Assembly (NCBI RefSeq): GCF_028641065.1
Contig: NC_073387.1
Location: 45,260,001 to 45,324,000 of the forward strand
Source of the DNA: Leucoraja erinacea
Lineage: Eukaryota
Length of the DNA stretch: 64,000 bases
Direction: 5' to 3'
The notes below the pieces were generated by a model. The model was not told the DNA's origin. It searched no databases and saw only the letters and a list, made by a program, of their open reading frames with translations. This document shows, piece after piece, positions 48,409 through 59,703 of this stretch. The position numbers and the translations under genes are program-made. Every line of letters starts with the position of its first letter. Position 1 is the stretch's first letter.

Positions 48409-49740
48409 TACATTCACATCCATATTCTTAACATTTGAAACAAACTGCAACGGTCCCAGGACTATTTTCTGCAGTACACTCCTGGTCACAGGCTTCCAAT
48501 CTCAAAAGCAATACTCGGTCAAGGAAATGGGGAAAATAATTTTTAAATTAGACTCTGGCATGCTGGACATCCAGGCTTCACACCAGTGGTTTTACAAAGG
48601 GCATTGATATTCCTTGGTCCTGGTGCAAACGATAAAGATATGCAAAAAAAAGATTATGGGTTATGAGAAATGGTAAGGAAATAAATTGACATAGGAGAAA
48701 AAAACAGATGTATCAAGAATGCCCTTTACATAAAGGATTTTTTTAATTTGGTGCATTTAATTCAAATACATTGGGCCATTTAATCGTTTTGTATAAATTA
48801 CAGCATTTTATTTATGTTGAGGTTATTCACATTTTAGTGCAAAAAATACTTCAGATTATCAGTAACACATTGAACAAGCCAATTAAGGAAATTATGAGTG
48901 GCCAACATGAGGAAGGCTATTCTTTGAAAAGTTCTCAGCAATCTAACCTGAAATTAATTATATAATATTGCACTGGCAGTCAATGACTAAACCACTTTGG
49001 CCTCACATGCGTGCGCTTGCTTTGATTTGTGACGACATTTGACTGAGTTTTTGACTGGGATAATGGATACAGATGTGCTGCAAATGTTCAAGAGGGAACC
49101 AAATGAACAAGTTTCCAGGGGAAGAAAAGACACAAAGTGCTAGACTAACAGGATGGGGCAGGCAGCATCTCTGAGGAACATGAACAGGCATTGTTTGGGT
49201 CGGGACCTGGATATTTGTATCACGTAAAAAATAAAAACAGCATGTTGGGAAATCTTAGCAGGTTAGGCAGTGACAATGTAGAGAGAAACAGTTTATGTTT
49301 CAGCTTGATTATCTTTCATCAGAACAAAAGCGATTGGGCAATACATATTGCGAATATTTTCTGCAGCAAGTGTTTTATGATTCCGAACTCTTATACTTAA
49401 TGATCCAACCGATGAATACAAGCATATCATATCCTTTCTTTACCACTCCATCTACTTGTGTTGCTACTTTCAGTGAGCTATGGACTAGGACCTCAAGATC
49501 CTTCTGTACATCAATGCTGCTATGGGCCCTGCCCTTAACTGAATCCTTTCCCTTACATTTGGCCTCCGAAAATGTAACACTTAACACTTGAAATGACAAT
49601 TATAAGGAGGGAATTACTAAACTAAGGTTGTTTATTTGGAATAAAGGAGAAGATTTAAATGAGGTGTGAAAAATTAAGAAAGGTTTAATCAGGATGAAAA
49701 ATAAAGACTTAAAATAAGAAAATCGTACTTGTGGTGAGTA

Positions 49741-49992
49741 CAGTGGCGCAGCATTTGAGAACTGGGTTCAACCCTGAACATGGGTGCTGTCTGCATGCTT
49801 TTGCACATTTGTTCTGTGACCCCGTGGGCTTCCTCCAGGTGCTCCATTTCCTTCCACATCCCAAAGGCATGCAGGTTGGTAGGCGAATGGGCCACTAAAT
49901 TGCCCCCTAGTTCGGAGGGTGCAGCTGAGGGAAGCTGATGGTCGCCACAGACATGGTGCACCTAGGCCCACTTTTTGTGCTGTATCTCTCTA
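49741..49992 (+). mobile_element. V-SINE/HE1-like SINE
   Basis: tRNA-like head (TGGCGCAG; GGTTCAACCC), V-domain GGGCTTCCTCCAGGTGCTCC.TTTCCTTCCACATCCCAAAG. Confidence 0.7.
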
Positions 49993-51067
49993 TTACTACG
50001 TGAGCATAATTGGTGAAAGAGCTGATGAAAACAAAATTCACCCAACAAGCGATAGAAATCTGGAACACACTGCCTGAAGGGATGATGGAATCACAAACTT
50101 TCATCAGATTTAAAAGATATCTGGCTGATTCCTTTAAAATTGAGAAGGATATTCCCTGGAGTAATTCAGTGGGTCAGGCAGCATCTCTGGAGAACATGGT
50201 TCAATGGCGTTTTGGGTCAGGACCCTTCTTCCTACTTTGAAGAAGTTCTCCCCCTCTACATTTTGCCGAGGGTGGAACATTTCAGCTATGAGGAGACACT
50301 GGATAGATTGGGGACAAAGGCATGAGACTACAGATCATGGAATCTGGAGCAAGAACAGAAAGCTGGAAGATCCCTCATGATTAGGCAGCATCTGTGGAGG
50401 CAACTGGTATAAGTCGACATTTTGGATGAGACCCTAGTCCAGGACTAAGAGGGAAGAGGAAAGATTGGCAGTCTATAGCAAAACAAGGGGAGGTACTGGA
50501 GGTACTGGGGGGGTGGGGGGGGGGGGGGGGGGGGGTTTAGATGAGGGGAAGGTGTGACAAAGCCTGATAGGTGATAGGTGGAACTAGATGGGGAGGCGAG
50601 GAAAGGGCAGGTAGGAATAGCTGGACCAAACATGAAAAACCTTTCTCCTCAGCATCAGTGTTTATAGTTCGTTCAAGTTTGTGTTTATTGTCACTTAACC
50701 AATTAAGGTACAGTGAAATTTGATTTCAGATTTCAGAAAGTCAGATTTCAGGTAACGTTGTAGGAGATATAGGAAGAAGTTTAGGGAAGTTTTGCTTCCA
50801 CCCAGAGGGTGGTTGAAACCTGGAGCAGCCTGATGCATTTAGAAGGCAGATACTTCCACAACATTTAAGAACTATTTAGATGAACACTTGAAATGGCAAA
50901 ATTTAAAAGAATAAGGGTTGCATGCTGTCTGCAGTCCCAAACAAGGTGAGCCGAAGAGCCCGTTTGAGTATAATAAGAGTGGATGACTGTAGTTCAGCCG
51001 GCACTTAGAACGATCAGATTTGGTGAGAAAGTAGATGGATTGACTCAACCCAAAATAACCACTGACC

Positions 51068-51420
51068 TTCCTTTCCCTTCCTCCCCCATACCCCCTTCGC
51101 CGCCATCCCCTCCCCTGCTATCCTACCCACTTCCAACCCTTCTCCCACACTACCCCCCTTCTCTCACTACCCCCTTCTTCTCGCCAACCTTCAACCCTCC
51201 CCACTCCCCCTTCCTCCACCAGCCCTTCTCCAAACCATACCCCTTCTTCTACCGCCACACCCTTCTCACACAACACCACCCCTCTTCCTCCCATACCCCA
51301 TCTCCCTCCCCACCCCTCCTCACTGCCACATCTACCCACTTCCCCCTCTACCCCCACCCCCTTCTTCTCCCTTACCCCTCTCCACATCTCCCCCACACCC
51401 CACTCCCCCTCGTACCCCCC
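51068..51420. repeat. C-rich low-complexity tract (G-rich on minus strand)
   Basis: About 350 nt nearly devoid of G. Confidence 0.85.
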
Positions 51421-51811
51421 TTCAGGCGCGGAGGGAGCGTCAGTCTGACCGCGGGTACTCCACAGCTCGCCGTTGGAGGGTGACCGAGAGCCAGGAGATC
51501 GGCGGCGGAGACGGGACACCGGGGCAACGCCGCGCTGCAACCGTGGCTCAGCGGAGCTGGCGGAGAGCTGCTCGCACCAGTGAATAATCCGCCAATTATC
51601 CGGCGACTTCTCTTGAAAACGACTACGCAGTGGAGGAATTTAAAAAAAAAGAAAACAACAGCGAGAAGAGAGTGAGTGGGAGTGGACAAGCCCGGGCAAC
51701 ACAAACATTACTTTATTTTGAGTTCAACGGCGAGTGTGTGAATCCTAATCACTGGGTGAGAAACTTTTGGTCGGAAGGTGTACAATGTTTCACCGTTACT
51801 AATTTCTGTTG

Positions 51812-51846
<35 letters not shown>

Positions 51847-52412
51847 GGGGGCATTTATTTCAGTTTCAAGCATTTTGGAAGTCATTTTCCAAACTACAAT
51901 TGGTTTCTTGATAAACGCTTGAAGTTGCTGCATGATTTTAGAGTGAGTTTGCAGTGTGCTTTGGCATGTGTGCCAGCACTAGGGTGGGCGTGGTGTACAC
52001 TCATTGTGCGGAGCAAGCTTCGCGTGTAAATACTCCACATCTGGCCAGAGGGAATAGAGGTGGAGAATCAATTGCAGCATTTATTCCCAGGGTTGGCTAA
52101 TCGCAGGCAAGCCATTTATTGTCGGAACTTGACAAACCCTCAAAACTTTCTATCTGTCCTTATTTTTTTAAAAGACGGCGCGTTTTGCCACAGTAACTTG
52201 GGAGAACACTAACGTGGACCGTGACAGTGACACTGGGCACATTGGGGTAAAAAACCCCATCGCACAACGGCGAAATCCCATAAATCGCCAGGGATCTTGA
52301 ATCGCTTTTATTTTTCTACCGGCAGAACTTGCATCGTCTTTTATTTTCTTCTTGACTGGTCTTTCCTTTTTTAAACCCCGAAGAAGCATTTCTCTTTGGT
52401 GCAGCAAAAAGG
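51420..52412 (+). promoter_or_regulatory. COL23A1: CpG-rich putative COL23A1 promoter/5'UTR region including a (GT)n microsatellite at 51814-51844
   Basis: CpG enrichment directly upstream of the first coding exon. Confidence 0.45.
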
Positions 52413-52691
52413 ATGGGCAAGAATCACCAGTCACTCAATGTTGGAGAATGTCAAAAGCAAATGGTACCCACATCAGAATCCACAGCCTGTTTGAGGACGC
52501 TGCCCACGCTGACCAGCTTACTGTTGTCAGTCGCTTCTGTGGGGTGTTGTCTGTTATTAAATGTTAGGACGGCAGTGTTGCAAGATAAAGTCAGGCTGTT
52601 GGAAAATCAAAAAGGAAGCATTTCATTGCAAGCAGCGCGGGACGATGCAGATTTATTCGTGCTACAGAAAAGAATCGACCAACTTCAGGAG
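52413..52691 (+). CDS. COL23A1: Collagen type XXIII alpha 1, first coding exon (cytoplasmic tail, TM anchor, coiled coil); later exons not found in the window
   Basis: 93 codons ending GAG|gtaaat; LLLSVASVGCCLLLNVRTAVLQDKVRLLE resembles recalled human LLLSVGSAAACLLLGVQAAALQGRVAALE; adjacent to CLK4. Confidence 0.85.
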
Positions 52692-53057
52692 GTAAATGAT
52701 TGTGTAATGTGTGTAGAGCGGTTGGCAATGTACGGGATGCATCTTGTTACCAAGATTTAAGTATAAGTTGCCTCCTTCGTCCGGTATTTTGTTCTTGGTC
52801 GTGCGCCTTGTTGCATTCATTCACTTATCTCCGCTTACTTTCAATGGAACATAATACGATTGCTAGATGTTAACACGTGCAAACAATAACTGAGTTGGCC
52901 TTGCACCTTTACTTATTGTTTTGAGTTAGTGATGTGCTATTTGTAATCATGCAGACACATTTGTACCTACTTCATACTTTTTGTCTGGATATCTGTGAAT
53001 GACACACCAAATACATCACAAATTTACTAAGGATTTTAACCCTTGCTTCGCAGACTG

Positions 53058-53435
53058 GTCAAGAGTCAAGAGTGTTTTATTGTCATATGTCCGGGGTGAG
53101 ACAACGAAATTCTTACTTGCTGCAGCACAACAGAATATGTGAATATGTAAACATTGTATATAACAGGAAAAAAAATAAAAAGCTCAATAAATAGCAAATG
53201 TAATGCAAATAACAAATAATAATATAGTCTTTTGCAGTTCAGAGCTCACGGCTTATTCATTGTGTTTAATAGCCTGATGCCTGTGGGAAAGAAGCTGTTC
53301 CTGAACCTGGACGTTACAGTCTTCAGGCTCCTGTACCTTCTTCCTGATGGCAGGGGTGAGATAAGTGTGTGGCCAGGATGGTGTAGGCTGCCTTTGTTGA
53401 TGATTTTGACTGCCTTTTTGAGGCAGCGACTATGA
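53058..53435 (-). mobile_element. Rex1-like LINE 3' fragment
   Basis: (GTCAAGA)n tail; minus strand encodes LPSGRRYRSLKTVTSRFRNSFFP. Confidence 0.75.
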
Positions 53436-55000
53436 TAGATTTTTTTTATTGCTTACAAGTTTATTTGTGTTTGTATTTTTTTAACATGTTCAATAAATTA
53501 ATAATAATTTTAAAATAAATAAATAAATAAAATAGATTACAATAGACTGGTGATTAGATTACCAACATTACTAACATTTTCCATAAACCTTTTCCAAAAA
53601 TCACTATTAAAGTCTTTGGTATTTTACAGCAAAGGGATAAAGGTACACAACAACCAAGATAAATGTAGTTAGTGTTGATAGTTGCTTACTTACAAAAATA
53701 GATTAAGTTTCCTGCTTCCTTTGATTGACTTACAAGGATGGCATCACGGACAAGAGATTACAAGTATCACTGAGGAATAAACTGCTTAGGTCTTTTTCTG
53801 TAACAAAAAAAAGGTTGAGACCTGATGCCATACTTACTTTCCAAGAGCTTCTTTAGCTCAACATCATATTCTCCACCTTTGAGGGAGTTATAGAGTCCTA
53901 CAAAGTGGAAAAAGGCCCTTCAGCCCAACAGTCCAAAACTAGGGACTGAAAATATAACATAGATCAATTGGCGAAATTAGAAGAATGTTCTTTACTAAGT
54001 GACCGATTAGAATGTGAAACAGGCGACTAAATGGAATGTTGAGGGAGGACCACTGATGATGAAAGGAAGGCTGGTAATGTAATTAAGGAGAAACCAATAA
54101 AAATGATTATGGGTTTATTGATAGGGTGAGGCAAAGCAAGAGGTGGGTGCCCTAGAGTATAAACACCGTAATAAGCGTGTTGGGCTGAATGGCTTGTTTC
54201 TGAGCTGTAAATAGTATGACAGACTCCATAATAATTGTAACACAATATGTTACAAATACATAACTACATGTAAATATTTCATATTGCATCATTTTCTATA
54301 CTCGGGCGTTCTGTCGATAATTTCAATTGTTTCCTCAGTTCATATAAGTTGTATTCCAATTTGTACCAAAAGTGAATCAATTTTTGTGAATGGAATGTGC
54401 TTAAAAACTTCACAATTTACTCTAAATGACGTGTATCCAGTATTACTAATCGAGGCAGATAAGCAGTTAATGATATTTGCATGTTATTGAGAAACAATTG
54501 CGCACAAGATTTCTTCCTGGAATGAGACTTTGTCCTTGGAGGAAAGATTGGATAAAATTTGTGTAACACTGATTTGAGAACAGGAAGTAACCACAGTCAG
54601 ACATAGGACCCTGAGAGAGATTAACACGGAGAACATTCTACCTCCAGGGAACATAGTTTCAGGAGAAGGGATGACCAATTAGAGTCAAGAGTGTTTTATT
54701 GTCATACGTCCCAAAATGGAACAATTATATTCTCACTTGCAGCAACACAACAGATATGTTTACATAATACTCTATATAACCCATTATAAACAACAAAGTT
54801 CAGTATATATAGAAACAGACTAATGTGTAGATAATAGCATTGCCATTAAGGCTGATATGCTGAGAAATTTATTTGCACAGCCGATTGTGAATCTTGGGCA
54901 TTCTCAATGTTAGAGAGGTGAGGATGCTTGGTTACTGAGTGTATTCAAGACTTGATCCATAGATTTTTGGACATTATGGAAACAGCTAGGAATGTGAATT

Positions 55001-55413
55001 CATTGGAGTTTAGAAGGATGAGGGGGATCTTATAGAAACATATACAATTATAAAAGGACTGGACAAGCTAGATGCAGGAAAAATGTTCCCAATGTTGGGC
55101 AAGTCCAGAATCAGGGGCCACAGTCTTAGAATAAAAGGGAGGTCATTTAAGACTGAGGTGAGAAAAAATCTTTTTCACCCAGAGAGTTGTGAATTTATGG
55201 AATTCCCTGCCACAGAGGACAGTGGAGGCCAAGTCACTGGATGGATTTAAGAGAGAGTTAGATAGAGCTCTAGGGGCTAGTGGAGTCAAGGGATATGGGG
55301 AGAAGGCAGGCACGGGTTATTGATAGGGGACGATCAGCCATGATCACAATGAATGGCGGTGCTGGCTCAAAGGGCCGAATGGCCTCCTCCTGCACCTATT
55401 TTCTATGTTTCTA
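55001..55413 (+). mobile_element. CR1-like LINE 3' end (second subfamily) with 6-bp TSD TGAATT, nested in an older LINE
   Basis: TSD 54995-55000 and 55414-55419; TTTCTATG tail. Confidence 0.88.
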
Positions 55414-56443
55414 TGAATTTGCGACACAGGATTGGTAATGATCCTTTTGAATGGTAGAACAGACTGAAGTAACCATAAATTTACTCTAGCCTTAAATCAT
55501 ATTAATATTCTGACAACATTTTGCAGAAAGTAGGTGAAGATATGATCTACTTTTAACTTGCATGGTTGAAACATAGTCAATGATATTTGCTGAGCACGGT
55601 AATTACGTACCCGATTCCGTTCGTTTGAAACATGACAATCCTAAATCATTGCCTTTTACATAATGCTTCAGGTTTCAGTCGCAGAATTTTTAAACAACTT
55701 ATAACTTTGGGCATGTAATTGTAGGATTTCATTTAATTATTGCATTGACAATCTGTGCCAACCTCCTCAACTCAGACATTAGGGATAATTTTATTACATG
55801 CTACAAAAACACCAGTCACTAAGCCATGAAATAAAAATGTGTATCTGCTTATTAGGACACATTACACAGGTATTCAGTCTCGTCCACGTAATGAAAACAT
55901 TACAACTAAAAACTAATTACAGTAGTTCTGTATGTTTACAAAAAAGCTCAAAGAGTGAGGTGGATGGTTTGTTTGTGGCACCAAGTTTGTCAGTGATCAG
56001 TCAGTATGTCTGATTCATATGGAGAAAATTGCCGGTGAGTAAAAACATGAACACATTAATAATAAGGGTAAGCACGACAAGTAAATACTTTGGGAAAGTT
56101 AAGTCAAGGTATTTGTCCATTAAATTAATTTGTCCATTAAAAGAGATGTATGAATAAGTGAATTATTTGAAAGTGTTGACGTTGGTCCTTCGAACCTGCT
56201 ATACCAATTAAATGAAGTTGTAGCTGATCCGACTAACTTCAACTCTGCGTTCCCACTCCATCCCCAGTAACTTTCACTTCTTTGCAGATCAAGCATCTGT
56301 CCATCCCTGATAGATAAATATTTACCGATTCTTTGTACATTGCCCTATGAGAGGGAAATAAAACACCCCATCTTTGACTTAAAATGGTAACCTCTAACTT
56401 CCTGTCATTCTTGATTCTACCACATGAGAAAATATACTCCTTA

Positions 56444-56826
56444 AGGGCCTGTTCCACTTTCCCGAGTTATTCACGAATTCTCCCGAGTTTTCCCCTTGAT
56501 TCAAACTCGCAGAATGTTCATAACGGGCCCGTGGATACATCGTAGCAGCTCGTTATGCCAGCTGTAGGTACTTGGGGCAACAGGTAAGTCGGGACGTTTT
56601 TTCCAGCCTCATTAAAAAATGTCGACGAGTAAAAAAATAGTCGGGAGGATGCCCCGAGTTCCTACAGCTGGCATAACAAGCCGCTACGATATATCTACGG
56701 ACTTCTACGTCCTTCTACGGACCCGTCACAAACATTCTACGAGTTTGAATCAAGGGGAAAACTCGGGAGAATTAATGAATAACTCGGGAAAATTTGTGAA
56801 TAACTCGGGAAAGTGAGACAGGCCCT
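56444..56826. mobile_element. MITE with long imperfect TIRs (AGGGCCTGT.CCACTTTCCCGAGTTATTCAC...)
   Basis: Inverted ends of about 65-85 bp; TA (or TTAA) on both flanks; termini related to the 46832 family. Confidence 0.85.
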
Positions 56827-57109
56827 TAACGTACTTCCCCGTCAAGACTTCTCAGGGTGTTATTTAAAAAAATCACTGCTCATTTTGAAACCCAGCATAT
56901 ACATGTCTAGAAAATTGTGCTCTATCAATCTCTGATACCGATGATGGCTGCATAGTTCATTTTTAAGTAACATGCTTTTTGTTACTTTTAAGAACAAACT
57001 ATAAATTAGAAATTTTAAACTAAAAGAAACGTTGGAAAACTCAGCTAGTCAGATAGCATCCCCAACAGTCAGTATTTCAGGTTTCCACTTTTTAAAAAAA
57101 ATCAGTTCT

Positions 57110-58660
57110 GTGAAAGGGAAAGCCACAAATGCTGGAATTAGGAGCAACGAAAAACAATACTCAGCAGATTAAGTAGCATTGGAGGAAAAGCGATGGTCAA
57201 CATTTCAGGTCTTGGCCTTGCATTAAGACAGAACATGTAGAAGATGATAGCCAGATGATAGAGATGAGAGGAAGGGATGAGATGATGTAGGTTGGCGATA
57301 GGTGGAACTAGGAGAGGTGGAGAATGATAGGTAAGTAGACCCAGGTATAGATAAGGGAGTTTTTAGACAGTGGGTGGCGTGTGATAGATGGAAACAGAAA
57401 AGAGGGTAAAATTTGGGTAGATGTGGCCAGAAATATATAGATCGATTCTTGATTAGTACAGGTGTCAGAGGTTATGGGGAGAAGGCAGGAGAATGGGGTT
57501 AGGAGGTAGAGATGGATCAGCCATGATTGAATGGTGGAGTAGATGATGGGCCGAATGGAAGAAGATGTGGAAACAGATAAGGGAGGAATGATGGATGGAC
57601 AGATGGATCTGAATGGGGGATAGAATAGGAAAGGTAGGCTATGGGTGAAGGCCAAGACCCAGCTGGATAGGTGTGTGGGTGTTAGGAAGATGGGAGGGAG
57701 GGTAACAAGGGATGGCAAAGGTGAACAATGGGAGAGAGAACCTGAGTGTACCAGTAAGAGTGAGAAAGGAAGACAGGGAGTGTGGAATATCTGAAATTAG
57801 TAAACGCAGTGTTCGAGCCATTGAGATGTGAGCTGCCCATGTAGAATAAGGTGTTGTTCTCCTACTTTACGTTTGGCTTCACAGTGGCCGTGGAGAAGAC
57901 CAAGGACAGTTAGCTCAGCATGGAAATGAGGAGGCGAGTTGAAACCACATGCAACTGGAGGGTCAAAAGGGTCTTTGCGGACAGAATGCAAGTTCCCAGC
58001 AAAACGATAGCCAAGTATGCACTTGGTCTCGCCAGTAGAGAGGAGACCTCATCGAGACCACCAAATGCAATAGATGAGTTTGGAGGAGATGCACGTGAAT
58101 CTCTGTCTCATCTAGCAGCTGTGTAGATCTGTGGTGGTGCTGGAGCCGTGGAGACAAGTGTTGCAACTCCTATGGTCCATGGGAAAGTGCCAGGAAACAG
58201 GGAGGGGTGGATGGAGAAGGGTGAATGCACCAGAGAGAGAGAGAGTGCTCCCTGTGGAAAGCAGAGCATGAGGGAGAGGGAAGATGCGAGTGGTGATGGG
58301 ATCCCGTTGTAGTTGACAACGGTTGATGTGCTAGAAATAGACGGTGCACTGAAAGGTGAAGACCAAGGGAAGTCTATCTCTGTTCTGTTTGGAAGGGTGG
58401 GTGGTAATAACAGAGAAATGGAGGAAATGTGAGTGAGGCTCCATGAACTGTAGTGGCGGGGTAGCCATGGTTCCTGAAAAAGGAGGACATTTCAGAAACA
58501 TTTCAGAGGTTTTCAGTAGGGGTAAAGTGGGGAAGGCCTGTGTAGAATAAAGGGAGTGTCTGCGTGAGGATGAGCAAAATGGCTTGCTGAGAACAGGTAT
58601 CAGCACATTAAGCCACCATGCCTGTGTGGTGAGTTGTTAATGGTAAGGTGCTGGGACATG
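57110..58660 (-). mobile_element. Decayed Penelope-like element (C-terminal ORF remnant plus terminal repeat)
   Basis: Peptides NRDRLPLVFTF and PVACGFNSPPHFHAELTVLGLLHGHCEAKRKVGEQHLI, typical of PLE GIY-YIG C-termini. Confidence 0.7.
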
Positions 58661-59448
58661 CCCAGCAATCAGGACGTGTGTAGGGTAAACAGAAAATGGA
58701 AAGACCAACTAGTTCAAACAGCAGATTTCACCAAACCCATTGAGTTCCTTCAGTCTCCAGCAATTATGAAAGGAGAAACAGTTACAGTTTTTGTTGAGGG
58801 ATCCTTCATCAGAGCTGAGAGAGAGAAATAAAAGATATTCTGGAAAGCAGCAAAATGTGGATGAAACCAAGGGAATTTCTCTGATGTGTGGCAGATGGGA
58901 TAGGGTAATGTGGTTGTGTAACCTGTGGCTGATGTCACAAAATATGCAGCCAAGTCTGCAGTGTTAGAATGAGACCCAATGCAACCTCACCTGTCCAGGC
59001 ATGTTGCAGCCTTCCAGACAACATCACATTCTTTCCTTTTCGATGGCACACTCTTTCATCCTGTCAATTTCAGAACCATTTCCAACTGTCATTCTTTTTT
59101 TCTTTCCTCCCTCTATGCATCCTTGTGTGTTGAATGTGTTGCAGGGAGCCCGAACCACAACATCCACAAATTACACAACTATAGTCCCTATGGTAAAAGC
59201 TGCCCTGGTTTCTGTAATGCCTCGTTAACCTATCAACTTGACGACCTTCACCAACAACCTATTCCCACAGCGACCACAACTAATCTTTCACTTTGCTGTA
59301 TTCATCTTTATACCACCAACTTTAATTTTTTGTTCCCCTTTTTCCAGTTTAGATAGAGACTTCGACCTGAAAAAATAACTGCAGCTTTACCTGCTAAATG
59401 TTTCCAAAATGTTCAGTTTTGAATGTAAATGAGTTTGTTATCTCAGTA

Positions 59449-59703
59449 CTTAGTTTAAAGATACAGTGTGGAGAACGGACCCTTTGTCCCACTAGCTCCA
59501 CGCTGGCCAGCGATCCCCATATACTAGTTCTCTCCTAACACGGGACAATTTACAGAAGCCAATTAACCTACAAATATGCAATGTGGGAGGAAAGCGGAGT
59601 AAACCCAAGCAGTAGAATGTACAAACTCCGTACAGAGAGCACGTGTGCTCAGGATCGAACCCGGGTCTCTGGTGTTGTAAGGGAGCAGCTCTACTGCTGC
59701 GCT
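59449..59703 (-). mobile_element. V-SINE/HE1-like SINE
   Basis: Reverse-strand B-box GGTTCGATCC, V-domain remnant, CTGTATCTTTAAACTAA tail. Confidence 0.72.

Noticed and set aside
50983-51540. Pro-rich and Gly-rich ORFs as collagen or extensin-like coding sequence
   Set aside because: Low-complexity C-rich tract without Gly-X-Y periodicity
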